DNA of 64,000 nt from contig CAVYRJ010000009.1 in assembly GCA_963770935.1 (NCBI GenBank), positions 140,728-204,727 of the forward strand, read 5' to 3'. How positions within the stretch are numbered: the first letter of the stretch is position 1; each line of letters starts with the position of its first letter. The notes beneath the pieces were generated by a model. It had not been told where the DNA came from and searched no databases. It worked only from the letters and a program-made list of their open reading frames with translations. The position numbers and the translations under genes are program-made. Of this stretch, positions 22,357 to 32,670 are shown one piece after another. The stretch is from Candidatus Bathyarchaeota archaeon (GTDB taxonomy: Archaea > Thermoproteota > Bathyarchaeia > Bathyarchaeales > Bathycorpusculaceae).

Positions 22357-23859
22357 ATGTTGCATGGAGGAAGACTGGGCAGTGTACGCGAAGACGTTGC
22401 CAAATTCACCTCTTCACGAAAGGATGATGTTCGCTTAGCAGACGCTGTTTTGGCAATCAACAAGGCACATGTCGTTATGCTTATGGAGCAGAAAATCATT
22501 CAATGGCAAGACGGCGCAAAAATCCTCTCAGCTCTCCAAAAACAAAACAGCAAAAAACTCGATCCCAACGCCGAAGACGTCCACATGGCAGTTGAAGAAG
22601 CAGTTTTAGCTGAGACTGGTCCTGAAGTTGGCGGAAACCTGCACATCGCAAAGAGCAGAAACGACCAAGTTACAACAGCCATCCGCATAACGTTGCGAAA
22701 TGAACTGATCAGAATAATGCAGCTTACAATCGACATGCAGCAGAGTCTTCTGGAAACCGCCAGCAAACACACCAAAACAATCATTTTGGCGTACACTCAC
22801 ATGCAAGCAGCCCAACCGGTAACCTTTGCCCACTACCTACTCTCACACGTGGACGCTTTGGGCAGAGATTTGGAGCGTTTGCAAGCCGCTTACAAACACG
22901 TTAACCTGTGCCCTCTAGGTGCAGGTGCATTAGCGACAACAAGTTTCGCGATAGACCGCAAAAAAACTGTTCAACTTCTCGGATTCGACGATCTTTTAGA
23001 GAACTCCATAGACGCCGTGGGAAGCCGTGATTTTATCTTGGAAACCCAGTCAGCTCTTGCGCTGCTTGCCGTGAACCTTAGCCGGTTAGCTGAAGACCTC
23101 ATTATCTGGAGTTCAGCCGAGTTCGGTACCGTTGAGTTACCCGACGAATTCACATCCACCAGTAGCATAATGCCGCAGAAGAAAAACCCAGAGGTCCTTG
23201 AGATTATTCGGGCAAGAGCAAGCTATGCACTTGGCGATTTTGTAGCTTCAGCTGCTGCTATGAAAAGCCTGCCCACAACCTACAACCTTGACTTCCAAGA
23301 AATAACACCCAAGCTTTGGGCATCAACCGATAACCTTTCCAGTTCACTTAGCATATTTGCAAAGCTCATCCCTAACTTGAAAGTTTCAGGGAACGTTGAA
23401 GGCAAAGCAGCGGCAGGCTTCGTGGGTGCAACTGAGCTTGCTAACATGCTCGTGCGAAAATACGGTGTTGCTTTCCGAACCTCCCACAAGATAGTAGGTG
23501 CATTAGTAAAGGCACTGATTGATTCAAAGCAGACTTTACTCAATGCCACGCCCGAGTTGCTCCAGAATGTTGCCAAGGAAGCTGCTGGCGTCAAATTAAC
23601 GGTTAAGAAAGAAGATATTGTTGAATGCACAAATCCCCGCAAACTAATCGAAAGCTATAAAGTACAAGGCGGTCCTTCACCCGCAGAGGTCGACAGAGCA
23701 ATCAAATCTAAAAACAAAACCCTAACACAAACAAAAACAGACATCGAAAAACTCCAAGAAAACCTCGCAAACGCAGAAAAAACCCTCGACTCAATCGTGG
23801 AAACTTACTCTAAATCAGACTCTTCCAAAAACGGAAGACTTAAAAATCCAAAGTTATAG
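22357..23859 (+). CDS. argH: Argininosuccinate lyase
   Basis: LHIAKSRNDQV, YTHMQAAQP, TSSIMPQKKNPE. Confidence 0.95.
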   Translation: MLHGGRLGSVREDVAKFTSSRKDDVRLADAVLAINKAHVVMLMEQKIIQWQDGAKILSALQKQNSKKLDPNAEDVHMAVEEAVLAETGPEVGGNLHIAKSRNDQVTTAIRITLRNELIRIMQLTIDMQQSLLETASKHTKTIILAYTHMQAAQPVTFAHYLLSHVDALGRDLERLQAAYKHVNLCPLGAGALATTSFAIDRKKTVQLLGFDDLLENSIDAVGSRDFILETQSALALLAVNLSRLAEDLIIWSSAEFGTVELPDEFTSTSSIMPQKKNPEVLEIIRARASYALGDFVASAAAMKSLPTTYNLDFQEITPKLWASTDNLSSSLSIFAKLIPNLKVSGNVEGKAAAGFVGATELANMLVRKYGVAFRTSHKIVGALVKALIDSKQTLLNATPELLQNVAKEAAGVKLTVKKEDIVECTNPRKLIESYKVQGGPSPAEVDRAIKSKNKTLTQTKTDIEKLQENLANAEKTLDSIVETYSKSDSSKNGRLKNPKL

Positions 23860-23860
23860 G

Positions 23861-25015
23861 TTGAATAGGGCTTTGGTCCCACAAAATAGTACATCCAAAA
23901 ATAAAAAAGCAATACTGCTTCTTGAAGACGGAACGTCATTTATCGGCAAAGGCTTTGGTGCAACAGGAAAAATCTCTGGCGAAGTTGTTTTTTCAACCCA
24001 GATGGTTGGTTACCCCGAAGCACTCACTGACCCGTCGTATAAGGGGCAAGTTCTCACATTCACTTATCCCATGGTAGGAAACTATGGCGTGCCATCCAAC
24101 GAACTAAACCTCGGATTACCGCTATACTTCGAATCCGACCATATTCAACCTCAAGGTTTAATCATTCATGAACTCTGTCAGGACCCCTTCCACTGGGCAT
24201 CCACACGCACCCTGGACAAGTGGCTCGCAGACGAGGGCGTCCCGGGCATCTACAGTGTAGACACAAGACGCTTAACAAAAAAACTGCGAACTCACGGTGT
24301 CATGTTAGGCATCCTGCAAGTTTTCGAGGAAGGTATCGAACCAGACTTGGATGGATTACTGAAAAACGGCAGGAACATCGCTGACCCCAACCTGACCGAT
24401 TTGGTCAAAGAAGTTTCAGTTAAAAAACCTGTAACGTACAATGTGGACGGCAAAAAAACCGTTGTCCTAATTGATTGCGGAGTAAAATACAGTATTATCC
24501 GCAATCTACTCAAAAGAGGCATAAATGTCGTTCGCGTGCCCTATGACACCTCAGCCAGCGAAGTCTTAGATTACAACCCTGACGGCGTATTCTTGAGCAA
24601 CGGTCCGGGCGACCCTAAAAAATGCGTCAAAACAATTGAGGCAATCCGCGAGTTATCTGAGAAAGTTCCTCTTATGGGCATCTGCCTTGGCGCCCAAATC
24701 CTTTCGTTAGCATTGGGCGGCGACACTTACAAACTCAAGTTCGGTCACCGCGCCCAAAACCAACCGGCTCTTGACCTAAACAACAACCGCTGCTACATTA
24801 CTACACAGAATCACGGTTACGCCATAAACATGGATTCCCTAAAGACCACGCCGCTTGAACCTTGGTTCATTAACCCCAATGATAAAACAACCGAAGGCAT
24901 TCGCCACAAAAACAAACCCGTCTTCGCCGTACAGTGGCATCCAGAAGCTTCACCGGGACCATACGATACCGAGTTGTTGTTTGACAAATTCGCTAAAACC
25001 TTGGAGGCGCCTTAA
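23861..25015 (+). CDS. carA: Carbamoyl-phosphate synthase small subunit
   Basis: GEVVFST, TDPSY, LSNGPGDP, GICLG, QNHGY, QWHPEASPGP. Confidence 0.96.
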   Translation: MNRALVPQNSTSKNKKAILLLEDGTSFIGKGFGATGKISGEVVFSTQMVGYPEALTDPSYKGQVLTFTYPMVGNYGVPSNELNLGLPLYFESDHIQPQGLIIHELCQDPFHWASTRTLDKWLADEGVPGIYSVDTRRLTKKLRTHGVMLGILQVFEEGIEPDLDGLLKNGRNIADPNLTDLVKEVSVKKPVTYNVDGKKTVVLIDCGVKYSIIRNLLKRGINVVRVPYDTSASEVLDYNPDGVFLSNGPGDPKKCVKTIEAIRELSEKVPLMGICLGAQILSLALGGDTYKLKFGHRAQNQPALDLNNNRCYITTQNHGYAINMDSLKTTPLEPWFINPNDKTTEGIRHKNKPVFAVQWHPEASPGPYDTELLFDKFAKTLEAP

Positions 25016-25017
25016 GC

Positions 25018-28000
25018 CTGCCCAAGTTTGACTGGATAAAGAAAGTTCTAGTTCTCGGCAGCGGCGCCATTAAAATCGGTGAAGCAGCAGAATTCGACTA
25101 CAGCGGTAGTCAATGTCTCAAAGCCTTACGCGAAGAAGGCATAGAAACCGTCCTGATTAATCCAAATATCGCCACCATCCAAACTGATCCTCGTCTCTCA
25201 GGTAAAGTGTATCTTCTCCCAGTCACACCCGAGTTTGTAGAGAAAGTCATAGCGAAAGAACGCCCTGACGGCATCCTTTTGGGGTTTGGTGGACAAACCG
25301 CCCTTAACTGCGGCTTAGAACTTGAAAAAACAGGTATTCTGCAAAAGTACAATGTTAAAGTTTTAGGTACACCCGTCCAAGCTATAGAAGACACAGGCGA
25401 CCGCGAACGCTTCCGTCAAGCCATGCAGAAAGCAGGTGTTCCATATTTAAAAAGTCGAGCTGCCACCAGTGCAAAACAGGCAATGGAGATTGCCGACGAA
25501 ATAGGTTACCCAGTGATGGTTCGTGTAGCTTACACCTTGGGTGGTAAAGGCGCAGGCGTTGCTCACAACATCAAAGAACTCAAAGAAATTGTAACCATCG
25601 GTATCGCACAGAGCAGAATCAATCAGGTCCTCGTAGAAGAATACGTGGGGCACTGGAAAGAAGTCGAGTACGAAGTAATGCGAGACTACTCAGACAACTG
25701 CCTAACGGTCTGCAACATGGAAAACTTTGACCCCATGGGCATCCATACAGGCGACAGCATCGTTGTCGCACCTTCTCAGACCATGACTAACCGCGAATAC
25801 CACCAGATCCGCTCAATATCCATAAACGCCATACGCAGCCTCGGCATCGTAGGCGAATGCAACATTCAATGGGCGCTTCATCCCACTTCTGAGGAGTGCC
25901 GCGTTATCGAAGTTAACTCCCGTATGTCACGCAGCTCCGCCTTGGCCAGCAAAGTCACTGGTTACCCACTTGCCTACATAGCAACAAAACTCACGTTAGG
26001 CTACACCCTGCCAGAATTGATCAATAAAGTCACCGAAGTCACAACCGCATGCTTCGAACCAGCACTCGACTATATCACCGTTAAAATCCCGCGTTGGGAT
26101 TTGCAGAAATTCAAGAATGCCGACCGCCACGTTGGTCCACAGATGCGTTCTGTGGGAGAAGTTATGGCCATTGGTCGCTGCTTCGAAGAAGCCCTCCAGA
26201 AAGCCGTTCGAATGCTAGACATAGGCAAGATTGGACTAGTCTGCAACGCTGAAGATGCAGAACACGAATCTGAAGAACACCTCAGAGATGAGATGGCACA
26301 CCCAACAGACGAACGCCTCTACAAAGTTGCCAAAGCTCTCAAAATTGGCATCCCAATAATGGAGATTTACCGCTTAAGCGGTGTTGATCCCTTCTTCCTC
26401 TATAAGATCCAAAACATCGTTGATATGGAAGCGAAGCTTCGCTGCCTAAACCTCGCTGAGGAATCGGCTGCAGAAACTATACGTGAAGCTAAACGCATTG
26501 GTTTCTCTGATGAACAAATCGCCGAGTGCCAAAACACCGATGAATTCACGATTAGAGCCTTCAGAAAGGGCGCCAACATAATTCCCGCAGTTAAGCAAAT
26601 CGATACCTTAGCTGCAGAGTGGCCGGCAAAAACCAACTACCTCTACCTCACATACGGCGGAGACGAAGACGACATAGAACTCAGCAACAACCCAAGCAAA
26701 GTAATCGTATTAGGCGCAGGCGTGTTCCGTATTGGTTCCAGCGTTGAGTTCGACTGGTGCGGTGTTAATACTATTTGGGCGCTCAAAAAGAATGGCATAG
26801 AAGAAGCCATCATGGTTAACTATAACCCCGAAACCGTCTCCACCGACTACGACGTCTCTGACAAACTTTACTTCGAAGAATTAACCATTGAACGCATCCT
26901 TGACATCTACGAAAAGGAGAATCCTTTAGGCGTTATAACAAGCGTGGGCGGGCAAATCCCCAACAACCTGTCTATGACGCTTTCAAAATCAGGCGTAAAA
27001 ATCCTCGGCACCTCAGCAGAAGACGTAGATTTAGCTGAAGACCGCTCAAAATTCAGCGCGCTGCTTGACCAACTCGGAATTGGCCAGCCCAGCTGGAGCA
27101 AACTCACATCTATCGCAGACGCAAAACGCTTCGCCGAAAAAATCGGTTATCCCGTTATAGTGCGCCCAAGCTATGTGCTTTCGGGTTCAGCCATGCGTGT
27201 TGCCTACAACGAGACATCTCTAGAGAACTTCCTTAACTTGGCAGCGAAAGTTGGACGCGACCACCCCGTTGTCATCAGCAAATTCATTAATCGCGCCAAA
27301 GAAGTCGAAGTCGACGGCGTCTCCGACGGAGAAAACGTCTTCATCGGTGCCATAATGGAGCACGTGGAGAACGCGGGCGTTCACAGCGGCGACGCAACCA
27401 TGACCATTCCACCTCAAGCCTTGAAGCTTGAGGTGCAGAAAAAAATCGAAGAATGCACAATCAGCATCGTTAAAGCCCTTAAAATCCACGGACCATACAA
27501 CATTCAGTACTTAGTCAAAGACGATGTCGTCAACGTCATCGAATGCAACCTAAGAGCTTCCCGTTCTATGCCGTTTGTAAGCAAGACTCGGGGCATAAAC
27601 ATGATTGAACTTGCGACGTTAGCGATGCTGGGCAAAAAAATCGACGGCGTTAAACTCTCTCCAATGACTCTTGCTCCTCATGTCGGCGTTAAGGTTCCGC
27701 AGTTTAGCTTCATGCGTTTAAGTGGCGCCGACCCCGTGCTCGGAGTAGAAATGCTCAGCACTGGCGAAGTAGCGTGTTTGGGGGAAAACTTCTCTGACGC
27801 CTTCAGCAAAGCTTTGCAGTCGGCCGAATTTACAATTCCCCCAAAAGGCGGCAAGGTTTTCATCAGCGTGGGCGGCGACGAGGAACGCAAGAAGCGAGTT
27901 GTTCCAATTGCCCAGGCGCTCGCTGAGATGGGCTTTAAAATCTACGCGACCCAACACACAGCCGACGTACTCAACGCTAACGACGTATCCGCCACCGTAC

Positions 28001-28293
28001 TCTACAAGGTTAAAGACGCCCAAGTTAGCCCAAACATCATGGATTATCTGCAGGAGCGCAAAATCGATCTAGTCATCAACGTGCCAATGGCAAACCGACG
28101 ATCAAGCATCTCCGACATCATAACCGACGGTTACATCATACGACGTCAAGCAGTAGAATTCAACGTCCCAGTTATCACCAACCTGCAACTCGCAGCGGCA
28201 CTAGTGGAAGTGCTAAAAACCAAGGGCAAAAACGGCAACTCCATCCGCAGCCTAAACGAGTACATGGAAGACTTACCCTGGAAAATGTGGTAG
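25018..28293 (+). CDS. carB: Carbamoyl-phosphate synthase large subunit, apparent CTG start
   Basis: CTG-CCC-AAG gives (M)PKFDWIKKVLVLGSGAIKIGEAAEFDYSG, in frame with ORF 25207. Two ATP-grasp halves and an MGS domain; GGAGG at 25003-25007. Confidence 0.96.
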   Translation: MPKFDWIKKVLVLGSGAIKIGEAAEFDYSGSQCLKALREEGIETVLINPNIATIQTDPRLSGKVYLLPVTPEFVEKVIAKERPDGILLGFGGQTALNCGLELEKTGILQKYNVKVLGTPVQAIEDTGDRERFRQAMQKAGVPYLKSRAATSAKQAMEIADEIGYPVMVRVAYTLGGKGAGVAHNIKELKEIVTIGIAQSRINQVLVEEYVGHWKEVEYEVMRDYSDNCLTVCNMENFDPMGIHTGDSIVVAPSQTMTNREYHQIRSISINAIRSLGIVGECNIQWALHPTSEECRVIEVNSRMSRSSALASKVTGYPLAYIATKLTLGYTLPELINKVTEVTTACFEPALDYITVKIPRWDLQKFKNADRHVGPQMRSVGEVMAIGRCFEEALQKAVRMLDIGKIGLVCNAEDAEHESEEHLRDEMAHPTDERLYKVAKALKIGIPIMEIYRLSGVDPFFLYKIQNIVDMEAKLRCLNLAEESAAETIREAKRIGFSDEQIAECQNTDEFTIRAFRKGANIIPAVKQIDTLAAEWPAKTNYLYLTYGGDEDDIELSNNPSKVIVLGAGVFRIGSSVEFDWCGVNTIWALKKNGIEEAIMVNYNPETVSTDYDVSDKLYFEELTIERILDIYEKENPLGVITSVGGQIPNNLSMTLSKSGVKILGTSAEDVDLAEDRSKFSALLDQLGIGQPSWSKLTSIADAKRFAEKIGYPVIVRPSYVLSGSAMRVAYNETSLENFLNLAAKVGRDHPVVISKFINRAKEVEVDGVSDGENVFIGAIMEHVENAGVHSGDATMTIPPQALKLEVQKKIEECTISIVKALKIHGPYNIQYLVKDDVVNVIECNLRASRSMPFVSKTRGINMIELATLAMLGKKIDGVKLSPMTLAPHVGVKVPQFSFMRLSGADPVLGVEMLSTGEVACLGENFSDAFSKALQSAEFTIPPKGGKVFISVGGDEERKKRVVPIAQALAEMGFKIYATQHTADVLNANDVSATVLYKVKDAQVSPNIMDYLQERKIDLVINVPMANRRSSISDIITDGYIIRRQAVEFNVPVITNLQLAAALVEVLKTKGKNGNSIRSLNEYMEDLPWKMW

Positions 28294-28552
28294 CCTCTCG
28301 CTCTCTGTAGTGTCCTCCCCTTCTTTATGTTAAGCACTTATTTTCAACATGCTAATTACTAAAAACGTCAATACGGACTTACCATTTTTTAGGGCTTTTA
28401 CCTTCCTCTATCATTCCTGCAATAATCGGCATTAGACCCCAAAAATGCAGGTGAAGTCAGATGCCACTAAATCAGTCAGCTAAAACTCGTGTTTTTGCGC
28501 AAAAAATATATTCTTGCCTTGCCTTCTCGATTGAGCATCAAGGTAAGCTACT

Positions 28553-30055
28553 TTGTCTAACCAAGCTAAAACTCGGACAGTCGAAGAGATTAACCAGAAA
28601 ATCCGCAAAGGCGACGCTCAAGTTTTAACCGCTGAAGAAATGAAAAAGCTCGTTGAAAGCAGCGGCGTCGAAGTTGCCTTTAAAGAAGTTGATGTGGTTA
28701 CCACGGGTACTTTTGGTGCAATGTGTTCCTCTGGTGCGGTTGTGAACCTTGGGCATTCTGACCCGCCGATTAAGATTGAGAAGGCATGGATGAACAACGT
28801 GGAAGTTTGCCACCCAGGAGCGGCTGTGGACTTATTTATCGGTGCCACCAACATGTCGGAGAAATTGCCTTTTGAGTACGGCGGAGGACACATTATCCAA
28901 GATTTGGTAGCCGGAAACGAGGTCGAACTTAGAGCCACTGCTTACGGAACGGATTGTTACCCGCGGACCTCACTTAAAACAACCCTTACAAAGGACGATT
29001 TAAACCAGTTTTACCTCCTAAATTTCCGCAACTGCTACCAACGCTACAACTGCGCAGTTAACAGCAGTGACGAAATCATCTATACTTACATGAGCAAGCT
29101 TTTGCCCAGATTCCGAAATGCTACCTTTTCAGGCGCGGGCGAATTAAACCCACTCATGAACGATCCAGACTACGAAACAATGGGTATGGGCACCCGCATC
29201 TTTCTCGGCGGAGCGCAGGGCTACATCATCGGAGAGGGAACCCAGCACAGTCCAAAAAACCTCAATGGGACGCTGATGGTTAAAGGTAATGCCAAAAAGA
29301 TGTCGCCTGAATTTTTGCAGGGCGCCGCCTTCACAGGCTATGGAACCTCATTGTATGTTGGTTTAGGCGTTCCGATTCCGATATTGAACGAGGGGTTAGC
29401 TAAAAAAACAGCAATTCAGGACAAAGACATACTTACCGATATCGTCGACTACAGCGTCCCACGCCGCGACCGCCCCAAATTTGGCCAAGTAAGCTACAAA
29501 GAACTAAAATCAGGCTCCATAACCGTTAACGGCAAAAAAATCCGCGCCAGCTCGCTCTCAAGTTTAAAAATGGCAAAGAAAGTCTCTCAAACCCTAAAAT
29601 CATGGATTGATGAAGGCACATTCTTCTTAACCTCGCCTGTTGAGCGGTTGCCAACTAACACAGTCTTTAAGCCTATGAGACAAACCGAGGAAATTCCCTT
29701 CGTTGTCAGCGTTATGCATCCAGCTGTCACCTGCACTGAGGACGAGGAGATTCAAGCAATTGCAAAACGCATCGTCACCAGATCGGTCAACCACATAGTC
29801 GTGGTAGATGACGCTGGTAAACTTCTTGGAATTGTCACTTCATGGGACGTCACTCGGGCCATGGCTGAAGGCAAAACAGCCTTAGCCGACATAGAATCCC
29901 ACAACGTAGTCACCGCTAAACCCGACGAACCACTGGAAATTGCTTCCAAACGTATGGCACAAAACAACATCTCAGCTCTGCCGGTGATTGACATTGAAAG
30001 GAAAGTGATGGGCATTGTCACGGCTGAAGATGTGTCTAAATTGTTAGGACGGTAA
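28553..30055 (+). CDS. Homocysteine biosynthesis enzyme (L-aspartate semialdehyde sulfurtransferase, DUF39 plus CBS pair; MA1821/MJ0100-like)
   Basis: VDVVTTGTFGAMCSSG, YGTDCYPR, RNCYQRY, GELNPLMNDP and a C-terminal CBS pair. Confidence 0.88.
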   Translation: MSNQAKTRTVEEINQKIRKGDAQVLTAEEMKKLVESSGVEVAFKEVDVVTTGTFGAMCSSGAVVNLGHSDPPIKIEKAWMNNVEVCHPGAAVDLFIGATNMSEKLPFEYGGGHIIQDLVAGNEVELRATAYGTDCYPRTSLKTTLTKDDLNQFYLLNFRNCYQRYNCAVNSSDEIIYTYMSKLLPRFRNATFSGAGELNPLMNDPDYETMGMGTRIFLGGAQGYIIGEGTQHSPKNLNGTLMVKGNAKKMSPEFLQGAAFTGYGTSLYVGLGVPIPILNEGLAKKTAIQDKDILTDIVDYSVPRRDRPKFGQVSYKELKSGSITVNGKKIRASSLSSLKMAKKVSQTLKSWIDEGTFFLTSPVERLPTNTVFKPMRQTEEIPFVVSVMHPAVTCTEDEEIQAIAKRIVTRSVNHIVVVDDAGKLLGIVTSWDVTRAMAEGKTALADIESHNVVTAKPDEPLEIASKRMAQNNISALPVIDIERKVMGIVTAEDVSKLLGR

Positions 30056-30060
30056 ATAAC

Positions 30061-30495
30061 TTGGCAAGAATTCTCATAAGGTTTAATGAAGAACAAGTAT
30101 CAGAACCAATAGCCTCGCAAATAATAATCGAGTACAAAGTACCCATGGCAATTTTGTCAGCACATGTCAACTCGAAGGGCGGAGAAATCCTCGCTGAAGT
30201 CCCAGATGCAATGGCAGAAAAAGTCGTTAACGCGTTTCGACAAAGAGGCGTCTCAGTAAGTGTGCCAAAACTAATTGAGGTTGACTCGGACAAATGCTTC
30301 AGCTGCGGCAGCTGTATTGCACTTTGCCCTGTCGAAGCCATAAGCTTAGCCAAAGACTCCACAGTGCAATTTGACAAGGAAAAATGCGTTGGCAGCACAT
30401 GCAGTATTTGCGTTGACGCGTGCCCCGCTCGAGCCATTAAATCAATTAAACAAAATAGCCTTGAGAATCCAGTCAATAGGAAAAAGAAAAGTTGA
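30061..30495 (+). CDS. NIL-domain 2x[4Fe-4S] ferredoxin (MA1822-like partner subunit)
   Basis: N-terminal NIL-like domain; CFSCGSCIALCP and CVGSTCSICVDACP. Confidence 0.88.
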   Translation: MARILIRFNEEQVSEPIASQIIIEYKVPMAILSAHVNSKGGEILAEVPDAMAEKVVNAFRQRGVSVSVPKLIEVDSDKCFSCGSCIALCPVEAISLAKDSTVQFDKEKCVGSTCSICVDACPARAIKSIKQNSLENPVNRKKKS

Positions 30496-31202
30496 CAGGA
30501 CAACTATTCAAAGAATTCTTTATCCTAAAAGAAACCCAATGCACAATAATTTCCGATAGCCAAAAAGCGATTCAAACCGCCATAGAATCCATTAAACGCA
30601 ACCGCCAAGAACTGGAGCTTTATGTGAGGGCTAACCCAAAGTTTCTTTACACTCTAACGCCACTTGTTGCACCAGATAATCCACTTGTGGCAAGATTAAT
30701 GGCTTTAGCGGCGGAGAAGGCAAATGTTGGTCCCATGGCGGCGGTTGCAGGAGCCATAGCTGACGTAGCTGTTGAAGATATGATTCGTGGAGGCTGCGAA
30801 GTGGCGGTTGTGGAGGACGGAGGCGAAATCTTTGCGGTCTCAAATATTTCCATTGATGTCGCAGTTGCCGCGGGAGACGAACCCCTCTCAAAACGCTTCG
30901 GTTTCAGGCTTACCGAGTTCCCAATAGGCGTCGCCACCAGTTCAGGACGCTTTAGCCATGCGTTGAGTTTTGGGGATGCGGAGGCAGCCATTATTTTCTG
31001 CAGAAACGCCGCCTTAGCTGATGCGGCAGCGACAGCCGTCGGCAATGTCGTAAAAGGGGAAGATGCCCAATTAGGCATTCAAGCGGGACTAAGTAGGGGA
31101 ATTTCGATTGAAGGCGTCGAGGGAGTGCTAATAATCTATAAGGGGCAGGTTGGGACAGCAGGAAAAATCCCCCAAATAATTAATATTGAGCCAACAGAAT
31201 GA
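30492..31202 (+). CDS. UPF0280/ApbE-like protein (COG2122, MA1715-like sulfide assimilation protein)
   Basis: VGPMAAVAGAIA, VEDGGEI, ATSSGRFSHALSFGDAEA, ADAAATAVGN. Confidence 0.85.
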   Translation: MTGQLFKEFFILKETQCTIISDSQKAIQTAIESIKRNRQELELYVRANPKFLYTLTPLVAPDNPLVARLMALAAEKANVGPMAAVAGAIADVAVEDMIRGGCEVAVVEDGGEIFAVSNISIDVAVAAGDEPLSKRFGFRLTEFPIGVATSSGRFSHALSFGDAEAAIIFCRNAALADAAATAVGNVVKGEDAQLGIQAGLSRGISIEGVEGVLIIYKGQVGTAGKIPQIINIEPTE

Positions 31203-31322
31203 AAAATGAAATTTTTTGATCAAAAAGTGACATTTTATAGAATTTTGAGCGATTAGCCAGTCTACCGGGCAATAAATTAAAGTCTGCTGTAACACAAATG
31301 TTTAGGAGTAATAATTTGAGTT

Positions 31323-32591
31323 TTAACCTTGCATTTTGAACCTTAGAATTGCCGCGATACCGCCGAAAGCGTTCTTTAGCATCTGTCCCTCTTCAGTTTC
31401 TCCAGAAATGATTTCTACGTCAGTGTTTGACAGCTCTGCAAGTTCTGCCAAGTAGTCAACGATATCCTTTTTGTCCATTATAGTCATGGATGGAGCTTTG
31501 CAGGCTGTACATGGTTTGCCAATCAAGCCCTTCTCAAAATCACCTATTTCCTTGCCCTTAATGGTGTGTTGCTCTTCGAAGCCGCAAGCACCGCATTTAA
31601 CGGTGACGCGGACCAAATCCAAATCCTCCGACATTAACACTGTCCGCACTGCACCCGATTGCAGCAAACGCCGCACTTCAACTTCACCATACGTTATCAT
31701 ACCTGTATCGTGGCCGACTTCGTAGAGGAATTTCTGCATTATTTCTTTCTCTTCAATGTAACGGACTTTACGCATGATTTCAGGCGCTTTATCCACTATT
31801 TCCTTGACACCTTGCTCTTCCACGTAAGCTGTGTCAATCACGTCGAGAATTTTGTTCTTCAGTTGGTAGTTCAGGTAGTCGCCTTTTTCAAAATCGTATT
31901 TTGTGGGTCCCGGTCCTCCAAGAATAATGCCTTTTAAAGTATCGATTGGTAGAAAGGTATCGTTAGCATGTGAACCAACACGTGTGAAATATTCGTTAAG
32001 CTGCATGTCCCTTAAGCGTTCATATCGCCTAGCTGATTGCCCACCTGCTTTAGTTTTGCCAGCAACACCCGAATGCATCTGCCGGACAATCTGAATACGT
32101 TTGCCCTGCAGGGTGGCAATGGTAGCGTTATTGGCGTCAACTAGCAAAATTCCGTAGGTTTCTTTCTCACGCAGCATTTCTTGCAGATGCTCAGTGTGGA
32201 AACGTGAGTCGCAACGGTAAAGGAAAATCTTAATGGGTTCAGGAGGAACAATAACGTAGGCTTCCATACGTTCGGTGCCTGGCGCCGCACCCTCCTGCAG
32301 AAGGGCACCAGTAAAAATCACTATGCCCTTTTCGCCTGGGTCTTTGAAGAGCTTGAGTTTCTGTTGAGCTTTTGTGATGGCATCTAGAACGTTTTTGCGT
32401 GTGACGTTGGATTTAATGTTACTGGCGGTCCCATATTCATTGCGAAGAAGATTGAGGGCATCGCTGATTTGTTTGCCTGGTGGAACATAGACAGTGATAA
32501 GTTCAGTGTGGCTGCCCTCTTTGTTTGCTAGGGCATTGAGAGTCTTTCTTAGCCTGAATAGTTCAAGAGAGCTTTTTTTTGCGGTACTCAA
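31323..32591 (-). CDS. prf1: Peptide chain release factor aRF1
   Basis: ASNIKS, YRCDSRF, GGQSARRYERL, zinc-ribbon insert, FGGIAAILRF. Confidence 0.96.
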   Translation of the reverse strand: MSTAKKSSLELFRLRKTLNALANKEGSHTELITVYVPPGKQISDALNLLRNEYGTASNIKSNVTRKNVLDAITKAQQKLKLFKDPGEKGIVIFTGALLQEGAAPGTERMEAYVIVPPEPIKIFLYRCDSRFHTEHLQEMLREKETYGILLVDANNATIATLQGKRIQIVRQMHSGVAGKTKAGGQSARRYERLRDMQLNEYFTRVGSHANDTFLPIDTLKGIILGGPGPTKYDFEKGDYLNYQLKNKILDVIDTAYVEEQGVKEIVDKAPEIMRKVRYIEEKEIMQKFLYEVGHDTGMITYGEVEVRRLLQSGAVRTVLMSEDLDLVRVTVKCGACGFEEQHTIKGKEIGDFEKGLIGKPCTACKAPSMTIMDKKDIVDYLAELAELSNTDVEIISGETEEGQMLKNAFGGIAAILRFKMQG

Positions 32592-32670
32592 ATAACTTCA
32601 CTAATAGCTTTAACTTGATAACTAACGTTAAAAGGAATCAAATAAAAGTTCCGACACAAAAAACGGAAGT

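Noticed and set aside
31490-31610. Zinc-ribbon insert in aRF1
   Set aside because: A known feature of domain 3 in many archaeal aRF1 proteins.
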